A stretch of DNA of 61,817 bases, from the NCBI GenBank assembly GCA_041654915.1, contig JBAZCO010000001.1:1-61817 (forward strand), given 5' to 3'. This DNA is from Clostridia bacterium. Its GTDB lineage: Bacteria > Bacillota > Clostridia > Christensenellales > DTU072. The position numbers and the translations under genes are program-made. Below the pieces are notes generated by a model. That model had not been told where the DNA came from, did not search any database, and saw only the letters and a program-made list of their open reading frames with translations. Below, piece by piece: positions 1 through 9,100 of the stretch. How positions within the stretch are numbered: the stretch's first letter is position 1; each line of letters opens with the position of its first letter.

Positions 1-140
1 AAGGGATAAGATAATTTGGATGCCGTTTAACGATGAAGGCAAGAATATAGAAAAGGCTGCACATTCATTAAAGATTTATAAAACGGTCGGGGGGGGGGGG
101 TATTCCCTTACAGCGAGCCAAAGGAGTGGGATATCATGAT
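1..140. repeat. End overlap copy 1 (same as 61678-61817); circular closure of the contig
   Basis: 1-123 are identical to 61678-61800, including the G12 run. The only mismatches are 127/131/135 vs 61804/61808/61812. Confidence 0.95.
89..100 (+). repeat. G12 homopolymer inside the N6-adenine methyltransferase gene
   Basis: cggtc + 12 G + tattcc. The upstream ORF frame and the downstream NPPF frame differ by one nucleotide across the run. Confidence 0.95.
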
Positions 141-426
141 ATCTAACCCTCCCTTTTCAGGCAGAACACAGTTATTTGAGCAAATATTTTCATATGATAA
201 GCCATTTGTGCTATTACAGCCAGTACAGGCATTTAATAACACAAGTTTTGTGCAAATGCTATGCAATAGAAATGATGACATAGGAATAATCTGCCCAAGC
301 AAAAGAATGAGTTTTATTGTAAATAATAAAGAATATAAAAACAGTAGCACAGCCTTTTACTCTTTGTGGCTTTGCTACAAAATACCCTCTATAAAGGGAT
401 TTACAAGTTTGACTATCGACAGGTAA
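136..426 (+). CDS. N6-adenine DNA methyltransferase, catalytic C-terminal part (continues from 61568 across the junction; frame broken at G12)
   Basis: Motif IV is DIMISNPPFSGR, followed by KPFVLLQP. This frame is open back to base 82 (..GGGVFPYSEPKEWDIMISNPPF), so the ATG at 136 is internal. Confidence 0.8.
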   Translation: MISNPPFSGRTQLFEQIFSYDKPFVLLQPVQAFNNTSFVQMLCNRNDDIGIICPSKRMSFIVNNKEYKNSSTAFYSLWLCYKIPSIKGFTSLTIDR

Positions 427-487
427 AAGGGCTATAATAATAATTACCGCTATAAATAATAAACCATAATACAGAAAGGCTAACCAT

Positions 488-676
488 ATGCCAGAAACCA
501 CAAAAATCAGAGTCTTTTCCACAGACAAAGTAGAATTAGCACCGTGTAATGAAGATAGAGCATATAGCCTTGTGCGCAAGCATAAGGCTTATTTTATCGT
601 TATAGACGGGCAAAGGGCTATTGTTATAAATAAGTCCTCCGAGCAAATAAGCATAAAGGAGGGCGATAACAAATGA
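488..676 (+). CDS. Small protein resembling the RRXRR/PLMP-type N-terminal domain of HNH/IscB-like nucleases, without a nuclease part
   Basis: 62 aa. IRVFSTDKVELAPCNEDRAYSLVRKHKAYFIV resembles the V.Vl...g.PLmPc...rAr.LL..GkA pattern. Stop overlaps the primase start (ATGA). Confidence 0.35.
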   Translation: MPETTKIRVFSTDKVELAPCNEDRAYSLVRKHKAYFIVIDGQRAIVINKSSEQISIKEGDNK

Positions 677-3615
677 GTAGAATAGATACCACGGATCTAA
701 AGTCAAGGTTTGACTTCGAAGGATATGTTGCCGCAAGAGTAAAAGGACTAAAAAAATCAGGCAGTCAGCATATCTGCCTTTGCCCTTTCCATGATGACAA
801 CACGCAATCCGCAAGCGTAGACTTTGATAACCATTTATTTAACTGCTTTGCCTGTGGGTCTGCTTTTGACAGCATAGGTTTTGTTATGGCATATGAAAAC
901 TGCGATTTTCACCGTGCTGTAGAAATAATGGGCGGAGCAGATTCAGAATTTAGGCTTATAGAACCACGAAAAATAACCTTTAAGGAAAAGGAAGTTACAT
1001 ATACACCCGTAAGGGGTGACATCAGGACTTGTTTAGACTATGAAAATCCTAAAGATAAACACAGCCCTTGGAAATTTGCTGCAGAATATGTTTACATCCC
1101 AGACAAACTCGTAAAGATAAGATATGAGTCAAGCAAATCCAACAAGAAAACTTTTCGCACATATCATAAGCAAGATGACGGCAAATGGTATTACGGCAAA
1201 GGGGATAATGTATTTCCCTTATATGCACCAAACGGCTATGACAGCGATACTATTATATTTGTAGAGGGCGAAAAGGATGTAGATTCTTTAATAGACATAG
1301 GCTATACGGCGGTTTGTACCGCATTCGGCGCAACAGAAGATGCCAGGCAACTCGACAAAGATGACATAGAGAACTTAAGAGAAAAATTAGTTGTTGTTAT
1401 ACCCGATGATAATGACAAAGCCGATGACATAGGCGGGAAATATGCCCGTGCTGTCGCAAATAAGCTAATCTTTAACGGTGTAACCGCAAGGGTATTCAAT
1501 TTAACAGAATTAAACACAGAAAATATACATGGCTATGACATTACGGATGCTATAGAGCAACACGGCGATGTATTTATAGCGGATAAGTTAGAAAAATTTA
1601 TTAAAGAATTGCCCGAAAACCAAACAGAACTTGTGCCTGTTAAATCGTACGGGTATACACAAGAACAAGATTTACAGATAGAACTGATAGCCAGTACACT
1701 TGCAAAGCATAATAATGACTGGACACAATGCCTACCGCAAGATACGGCTATGCGTGAACTGGCAAAAGAGCTAAATTGTGCCTTGCCCGCACTTAGGAAA
1801 ACAATAGAAAGACGGGCAGAAGAAATAAGAAAAGAGCATAATGTATTTTTAGCTAAAAGTAATGTTAAGAACACTATTGTGGAGATAGACAAAATCGCAA
1901 GGTCTATCAATATTAAGGGCAGCGGATATATTGTTGCTGAAAACGGCATGATAGTCACAGACGAAGGTGAAATCGTATGCAAGCAAATAATGCTACCCGT
2001 AGCCGAAGTACAAGACATTGACGGCAGCAGGATAGACGGCTCACATGTAATGCTTGCTTATGTGCCTATCGACGACAGCAATATACATTTAGGCCAGTTC
2101 CCGGCTTCTTCTTTGTCTTTAACCAATGACTTGATTAGAACTTTATCTACATGCGGACTGTCGGTTAACTCACAAAATTCGGGTGCGGTTATGGAGTACA
2201 TAGACAACATAAGAAACTGGTACAAGCAAAACGGACAGACAAGGATATTTAAGAGTGCAAACAGGCTTGGGTGGATAAAGCAAGGCGAACCTATATTCTT
2301 GCCATATGAGTATGATCCATTGACAATGATATACGGTACGGGAGTGGAAAAAAACACCATATCTAAAATGACAGCCACGGCAGGGGAAAGAGAAGAAAGC
2401 CGTAAACTTATAAAAGAAACATGCAAGGCAACAAATGTAATGACAACCATTATCGGTGCAACGGTCGCAAGTTTATTGTTAGGCTATTGCGACACAAACG
2501 GCGAAATGCAAGGCTTTGCTTTTAATGTGTACCATAAATCAGGTACGGGTAAATCTGTTATGACAGAAGTAGCCGCATCTATGTTCGGTAGCGGACAGTT
2601 TGTCAACGGTTGGTTCGGCATAGCAGATGCTACCTTGGCATCAGACAAAGGCAGAAATGCATACTATTATAATATGCCCTTATTTGTGGATGATATTGTG
2701 CGAAAGCGTGGGGAATTTAATGTACCCGTAACAGAACTGCCCAGAAGAAAAACACGTTATATTATGGGTGTAACGGGCGGGGAGGGCAGGAGCAGGCTAA
2801 ACCAGGCAGGGGAGTTTCGGGAAGTAGGAAACTGGTGTAATGTGGTTATACTCACAAATGAAGATAGGATGGTGGAAGATACCATGGACGGCGGTGCATT
2901 CTCAAGGTGCTTGGAAGTCCAACACACAGACTATCTTTCAGAGCAAACACTAACCGACTGGGTAAACCGATTCTCGGAACATTACGGACACTTTCCTTTG
3001 GATATCATAAACCAAATACGCACAAAAACACCCGAAGAGTGGAGGGCGGAGATATCCTTTTGGACGAACATGTATATAGCACTAGGTGTAACGGGAAAAA
3101 GAGCTTTATACGCAAGTTATATCCAAACAGGTTACAAGATAGCAAAAGAAGCCGTAGATATAGGCACAGAGTTTGACACGGACTGGTTTGCAAAAGAAAT
3201 CAAATCCGTAGGTGAAGTGGATGACGGCGCAAGGGCTTATATCAAGATTTTGGACTGGATTTCAACGCACACCGAATATTTGCGTGCAGAGGTGGACAAA
3301 AACGGAATAACAGTCGGATCATTGAACTATGACAAGCAAGGGAATAAGGTTGCAAGTATACCCGTAGCAGAACTTACAAAGGTCTGTAATCAGTATAATA
3401 TAAACAGGCAGTCACTTATAAACTATGCATACGAAACAGACAAGGCTGTCCGTGCATACGATGAAAACGATAAGGCCGCACCTGTAAGAGTGCAAATACG
3501 AGATGCAGAAATTAGGTGTATACAATTTTACTATGAATGGCTAAACAAAATGGTCGAATATGACGAGAGTGCAGATTATAATTATAAGCGCAGTTGGTAT
3601 GGAAGTGGGGTGTAA
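673..3615 (+). CDS. Primase-helicase: CHC2 zinc finger + TOPRIM + C-terminal P-loop NTPase
   Basis: CLCPFHDDNTQSASVDFDNHLFNCFACG (DnaG-type zinc finger). IIFVEGEKDVDSL and VIPDDNDKADDIGG (TOPRIM). YHKSGTGKS Walker A with FVDDIV Walker B-like. 980 aa. Confidence 0.85.
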   Translation: MSRIDTTDLKSRFDFEGYVAARVKGLKKSGSQHICLCPFHDDNTQSASVDFDNHLFNCFACGSAFDSIGFVMAYENCDFHRAVEIMGGADSEFRLIEPRKITFKEKEVTYTPVRGDIRTCLDYENPKDKHSPWKFAAEYVYIPDKLVKIRYESSKSNKKTFRTYHKQDDGKWYYGKGDNVFPLYAPNGYDSDTIIFVEGEKDVDSLIDIGYTAVCTAFGATEDARQLDKDDIENLREKLVVVIPDDNDKADDIGGKYARAVANKLIFNGVTARVFNLTELNTENIHGYDITDAIEQHGDVFIADKLEKFIKELPENQTELVPVKSYGYTQEQDLQIELIASTLAKHNNDWTQCLPQDTAMRELAKELNCALPALRKTIERRAEEIRKEHNVFLAKSNVKNTIVEIDKIARSINIKGSGYIVAENGMIVTDEGEIVCKQIMLPVAEVQDIDGSRIDGSHVMLAYVPIDDSNIHLGQFPASSLSLTNDLIRTLSTCGLSVNSQNSGAVMEYIDNIRNWYKQNGQTRIFKSANRLGWIKQGEPIFLPYEYDPLTMIYGTGVEKNTISKMTATAGEREESRKLIKETCKATNVMTTIIGATVASLLLGYCDTNGEMQGFAFNVYHKSGTGKSVMTEVAASMFGSGQFVNGWFGIADATLASDKGRNAYYYNMPLFVDDIVRKRGEFNVPVTELPRRKTRYIMGVTGGEGRSRLNQAGEFREVGNWCNVVILTNEDRMVEDTMDGGAFSRCLEVQHTDYLSEQTLTDWVNRFSEHYGHFPLDIINQIRTKTPEEWRAEISFWTNMYIALGVTGKRALYASYIQTGYKIAKEAVDIGTEFDTDWFAKEIKSVGEVDDGARAYIKILDWISTHTEYLRAEVDKNGITVGSLNYDKQGNKVASIPVAELTKVCNQYNINRQSLINYAYETDKAVRAYDENDKAAPVRVQIRDAEIRCIQFYYEWLNKMVEYDESADYNYKRSWYGSGV

Positions 3616-3618
3616 AAA

Positions 3619-4059
3619 ATGAACGAACAACAACAACCGGTAAGGCAATCAATAAGAAAGAAAATGTCAATAACAAAATTAACGATGGCACGGCTTGCGT
3701 ATATCCGTGAACATTATTATGAATTTGCGGCACACCAAATGCGTAAGCGCCGTGATTTGGTAAACCCTGAAGCCATGCACAAGGACACGGTTATAGTCGA
3801 AGCAGGTGTTGAAGTGCTGTTCAATGCAATATGTAAAATACACGAACTATCGCCAGAAGAAACTACCGCCATAGCCATAGAAGAATACGCAACCGAGCAA
3901 ATATTTGACGATAAATTCTTGGACAAGCTAGGGGATTTCGTTGAACTGGAATACGAAGCAAGTAAGAGAGTGAATGTTACACCAGGCGACAGGATGAAAG
4001 CTGTTGCGGAGTACAGGGATAGAAAAAAAGAAATAAGTGATGAATGGGGTGAAGAATAA
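3619..4059 (+). CDS. Hypothetical protein
   Basis: 146-aa ORF tightly packed between primase and the next gene; acidic C-terminus; no motif recognised. Confidence 0.5.
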   Translation: MNEQQQPVRQSIRKKMSITKLTMARLAYIREHYYEFAAHQMRKRRDLVNPEAMHKDTVIVEAGVEVLFNAICKIHELSPEETTAIAIEEYATEQIFDDKFLDKLGDFVELEYEASKRVNVTPGDRMKAVAEYRDRKKEISDEWGEE

Positions 4060-4655
4060 TGACAACAAGGTACATAAACGAACAAGGCGAGCCGATGGCA
4101 TTCTCTGAAATAAAGGGCGAAATCGATGTGCGAAACTATGAAGAATTGTGTGTTTTTCTGGGTGATTTTCGTAAGCCCATAACATCAGGCGATGGCAAAA
4201 TCTATAATGCAGATATAGGTAAGGCTGTCTGGGCTAACATAGTTTGCCGCAAAAAACCCGTTGCACACCAAAACAGCTTTGACTCTGAAAGTGTCTATCA
4301 GCTTATTGCCGAACTCGGGTTTAACGGTGATTTTCCCGCTATGCTTTATTTGTATGACCGTTTGAATATATCCGAAAGTAAATATTTAGCTATATGCAAG
4401 GACAATACAGACGAACGAAGTGCAATCTTTCGCTGGGCAAGAGAGGTTTTTTCACACGTAAGTAAAATCAATGCCGTACACGGAAACGGGAATGTAAATG
4501 TATTCCAATACGTAAGCATGTCGGACGATGTAGATATTGCAAGCGATAACCAATACGTTACACCCGAAAAAAATATCCAGGGCATACTCGAATTGTTTAG
4601 CGAACTTGCAGCAAACAAAGGGAAAGTAGGTGAACAAGATGAAGCAGTTGGATGA
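4059..4655 (+). CDS. Hypothetical protein; small-terminase candidate by position only
   Basis: 198-aa ORF immediately upstream of and overlapping the large terminase gene; no motif recognised. Confidence 0.4.
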   Translation: MTTRYINEQGEPMAFSEIKGEIDVRNYEELCVFLGDFRKPITSGDGKIYNADIGKAVWANIVCRKKPVAHQNSFDSESVYQLIAELGFNGDFPAMLYLYDRLNISESKYLAICKDNTDERSAIFRWAREVFSHVSKINAVHGNGNVNVFQYVSMSDDVDIASDNQYVTPEKNIQGILELFSELAANKGKVGEQDEAVG

Positions 4656-6159
4656 TGCCATAAATGACATCATAACTACGATGACAAACGCGGAAAAAAG
4701 GGAGTTTGCGGAACTTTTTACACCCACACTCTCAAGCTTGCTCCCGCCGGGCTTTTCCTTGTCGAACAAGCAAGCATTCTTTATGATCATGCGACAACAG
4801 GATAAATATACACCTATGCGTGAGTTTATCATGCTTTTAGGTGACAGGCATGGTGTAGATGTATCTTTTATTGCAGATAGACCCATAATACCAAAGGAAG
4901 GCTTATACGGCGGTTCGGGTAACTCTGGAAAGAGTTATATGTTATCTGCTTTAGGCTTAACCACAGCCGATACCTACGGCCTTGATGTGCGTGTATTTAC
5001 AGCCGAGAAGCAAGCCAAGTCTTTTAGCGGTGGTGTAGGCAAGCAAATATACGAATGGATAGAACCGCAGATAAAATCAAGGTATATAAGAAATGACGAA
5101 GAAAAAGCTATACTTACATTCCCGTCAGGCGGTACAATACATTTTTGCGGACTAGATAATGCTAATGCCTGGAAGAAATACAAGGGCGGAAATATAGCCC
5201 AAATGATATTTGACGAGGTAACGGAAATCGCACCTGAAAGCTATACAAAGCAGATAGGCGGTTGGTGCAGAAAATCGCCCAAGGCTTTCCAGATAGGGTA
5301 TACAGCCAATGCTTGTTCAGCAACAAATCCGCATGGGAAATTTGTTACATTCTATCGTGAGCGGTTTGTGGACGGCACAGGTAAAGATACTTTTTATCTA
5401 AAGGCCTTGCCAAAAGACAACCCTTTTATAGATTATGAATCATATAAGCGTGATTTAGAAAATCTAGGTGATCCTGTGTTTGCCGCACAGATGTTAGAGG
5501 GGCGTTGGGATATAATGCCGGCAGGAGATTTATTTAAGTCCGGCTGCACAAGAGAAGTTGCGGATATACCTGCAAGCGGAGTTACAAAGCGTGGCTGGGA
5601 TATAGCAGCAACTACAAAAAAAACATCAAACTATACCGCAGGAGTGAAAATGCGTTACCACGAAGGTATATACTATATCATGGATATAGATGTGTTCAAG
5701 GAAACACCCAATGAAAACGATAAGCGTATGCGGCTTAATGCACAAATAGATGGCAGAAATTGTGAGGTTGTAACCGAATTACAGCCCGGAGCCGCAGGCA
5801 AATATTTAGAAGAACATTTCAACAAAAAGCTGTTTAACGGCTTTACCCATAAATCTATCGGAGTACCAAACGATAAGGCTGTCCGTGCCAGACCTTTATC
5901 TGTTGCCTGTGCCAATGGTTTAGTCTGTATCTGGAGCAGCTGTAGAAATAAATACGAATTCTTAGAACAGCTTGTAGCTTTTCCCAACGGAGAAGATGAT
6001 GATATGGTAGATGCTTGTACCTTAGTTTTTAACGCAATCCAAGAACAAGTCGCAAATTATACGGGTAGCACACCGCAAACCAGTACAAAAAGCACAAGAA
6101 CGGATGTAAACAAAGTCGCTGCTGACAGGCTAAACAAAAGAGAAAGATGGAATTTTTAA
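4639..6159 (+). CDS. terL: Terminase large subunit
   Basis: Walker A GGSGNSGKS, Walker B MIFDEVTE, C-terminal nuclease-type acidic motif GEDDDMVDA. ATG 4639 has AGGTG 8 nt upstream; the track start 4630 is GTG. Confidence 0.8.
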   Translation: MKQLDDAINDIITTMTNAEKREFAELFTPTLSSLLPPGFSLSNKQAFFMIMRQQDKYTPMREFIMLLGDRHGVDVSFIADRPIIPKEGLYGGSGNSGKSYMLSALGLTTADTYGLDVRVFTAEKQAKSFSGGVGKQIYEWIEPQIKSRYIRNDEEKAILTFPSGGTIHFCGLDNANAWKKYKGGNIAQMIFDEVTEIAPESYTKQIGGWCRKSPKAFQIGYTANACSATNPHGKFVTFYRERFVDGTGKDTFYLKALPKDNPFIDYESYKRDLENLGDPVFAAQMLEGRWDIMPAGDLFKSGCTREVADIPASGVTKRGWDIAATTKKTSNYTAGVKMRYHEGIYYIMDIDVFKETPNENDKRMRLNAQIDGRNCEVVTELQPGAAGKYLEEHFNKKLFNGFTHKSIGVPNDKAVRARPLSVACANGLVCIWSSCRNKYEFLEQLVAFPNGEDDDMVDACTLVFNAIQEQVANYTGSTPQTSTKSTRTDVNKVAADRLNKRERWNF

Positions 6160-9100
6160 CTTATAGCAGAAAATCCCCTTGCACCTGAACTTGCGTTCAC
6201 AGCCTTTAACTCAGACAGTATCGCTCTCCACAATGCATTGCTTGTCGGCGGTACAGTAACTTCCAAAGTCCTATCTTCTTCTAATACATCATGCAAAGAC
6301 TGCATCTGTGGTGTAAACCATGATCTAATCGCATCTGATATTTCTTTTGCACTTGGTGCATTAAACTTATCTTGTGCTACACCCGCTCTCGCTTGTTCCA
6401 TTTGGATATTAATGTTTTGTGCGGATGTTTGCATATTAACCCTGCTTACAGCATTGGCTATATCATTGGCAAAGGCTTTAATAAACGGTGTGTTTTCAAG
6501 GGGGAATACAACTTCCGCTCCTGCTTCGCCTGCCTCTACATTCGATGCAAGCATGGTGGGTTTCCTTAGCATTTGTACGCCCCTTGCCGCCTGGATTATA
6601 CCGCCGTCAGCAAGCCGGGATAGTTTGCCGCCGCTCATTTTACTGTAACTTACACTGCCGCTTGTGCTTGTCGATAAGCTTTTCATTGTCTTGGAAAAGC
6701 CCGAGAGCATATCATTTAATCCTGTTGCAATCCTGCCTGTAAATTGTTCCATAAGTGTAAGCATGTTGTTAAGCATAGACTTAAAGCCACTTGTAGCCGT
6801 TGAGGTGTTGCTCTTTATACCGTCAGCAACACTGCTGGCGATTTTCTTGCCCTTGTCTTTATATTTGCTGGTAGATCCATCCGCTTTTTCTACTTCTTTG
6901 TAAACGGCTTCCATTGCGGTTTTAACGGATTTTGTATTTTTCTTGATGCCGTCACCAAAGCCCGTGACAAGCTTTTTGCCTGCTTCTTGTAGGTTAGTGA
7001 ATATCTTGTCCGGCAATGTTGTGTTGGAGTTACCTTTTGTTATTTCTGCCATTTCGCCCATAAGTTTTCCGTAGTCTGTCAACAGCCTGACAGCAGACCT
7101 TAATTCAGGGTTGGCAAGCCGCAGCTTATCATTAAGCCCTATCAGCTGCTTTTCGATTTTGGCTATATCATCCGCTAACTTTTGGACAGGATCTTTGGTA
7201 AACCAACCGATTATAGTATCTATTGTTCCGCTTAGCCCCGCAATAGCCGATACCTTGGTATAGGTTACGACATGCCCTGCAAACTCTTTCATGAAGCCCA
7301 CAAAATCTTCCATATCCCTTGAAAGTGAGGGCAACTTTACATTTAGCCTGGCAAGTGCAGGCGCTAAATTATCGCTTAATTCTTTCGCTACCTTTATAAG
7401 GCTTTGTGTGAATGTGATAAAGGCTTCTGTCAGCTGTACCAGTAATGCCGTACCAAGCCCGATGGCCAACGGCAATAGCCCGACCGATGCTATACTTGCA
7501 GCGCCGAGCAAAGCAGTAACCGCACCTATGGCGATAAGTAAATCTGTACCTATTTCTATTGCCTTGGCTATGTTTTCACCGTTCTCAAGCACAGGCTCCC
7601 ATGCAATACCTATCTGCTCTAAGCCTTTACCTATAGCCCAAATTTCAAGTATAAACAATCCTACGGCTACACCTACTTCTAGCAACATAGCTATACCAAG
7701 TCCAATAGCCAACGGCAACAGCCCTGCCGAAGCTACAGCCGCAACGCCGAGCAAGGCACAAACCGCACCGACAGCAACCAGTAACGCAGTGCCAAGCCCT
7801 ATGGCCGCTAAAACAGTATCGCCATGCTCAAGCACGGGTTCCCATGCTTTCCGTATTTCATCCAGACCTTTACCTATAGCCCAGATCTCAAGCAAGAACA
7901 GCCCTGCGGCTACACCTATCAAGGCAAGCATGGCAATACCTATGGCTATGGATGCCAATAAAGGTGTGCCAACCATACCAAGCACAGCACAAATTGCGCC
8001 TATAGCAACTAACAATGCAGTGCCAAGACCTATGGCTAATAATACGGTTTCACCGTTCTCAAGCACAGGCTCCCATGCAATCCTTATCTCATCCAAAGCC
8101 TTGCCTATAGCCCAAATTTCAGCTAAGAACAAAGCTGCAGCTGCACCGATTAACGCAAGCACTGCTATACCGATAGCTATATCTGCAACTAAACTTGCCC
8201 CTGCTTTTCCAAGTGCTGCCGTTATTGCACCTATAGCCGCAAGTATAGCCACACCTATGCCCATTGAAATAGCTACCGTTCCCGCATTTTCTATAACAGG
8301 CTCCCATGCAATACCGACTTGCTCTAACATTTTACCTAAGACCCAAATAGCACCTACAATCAAAATTGCAGCCGCAGCAACTTCTGCCAATATAACTAAA
8401 CCCATAGCAAGGTTTTTGGCCAAAGATGAAAGCTTGGGATTAAGTTGCCCTGTAGATTGGTTTAAAGTATCTACCGTTGTTGAATCAAGATCAACGGGTG
8501 GTGCTGCACTTGCGGCTTTACTTGCGGCCTTACCTGCTACCTTGCCCCCTACCTTACCTGCTACACCCTTTCCTGCGCCAAAGAGTATCTTCCCAGCTGC
8601 AAAAAGCTGTAAAGCATCGACAGCGGCCATTAGACCGTTGACAAACAACGAAAGCCATGCACTTGCATCGGAACTATCTTCTTTTAAAGCTTTAATATCA
8701 TCTGATATAAGCTTTACATCTGTTACAAGTTGCGCCACATTAAGCAATCCTAGCGCTGCTGCTGTACCTTTTCCCTCAAGACCGCCGCCACTAATGCCAC
8801 CGCCTGCACCGCCACCGCCTTTTGATAATAGTGCCTGCTCCTTATCCTCGGCCGTTTGCATTTTCTCTTGAAGTAGTTGCTCTTTATCCTCAGTTGTCTG
8901 CATTTTCTCCTGGAGTAACTGTTCTTTATCTTCGATGGTTTGCGACCGTTCTTGCAATAACTGCTCAATATCTTCTTGAGTTTGTGCTTTTTCTTGCAGC
9001 TTTTGCTCTATGTCCTCTTGAGTCTGTGCTTTTTCTTGTAATTTTTGTTCGATATCTTCTTGAGTTTGTGCTTTTTCTTGCAGCTTTTGTTCAATATCCT

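Noticed and set aside
7291-8871. 526-aa plus-strand ORF, with several others between 6238 and 10430, inside the tape measure region
   Set aside because: These are antisense shadow ORFs of the Ala/Gly/Leu-rich, repeat-containing tape measure gene. They have a low-complexity P/A/S/T composition and no SD. The minus-strand ORF is continuous for 1773 aa with recognisable tape-measure motifs.
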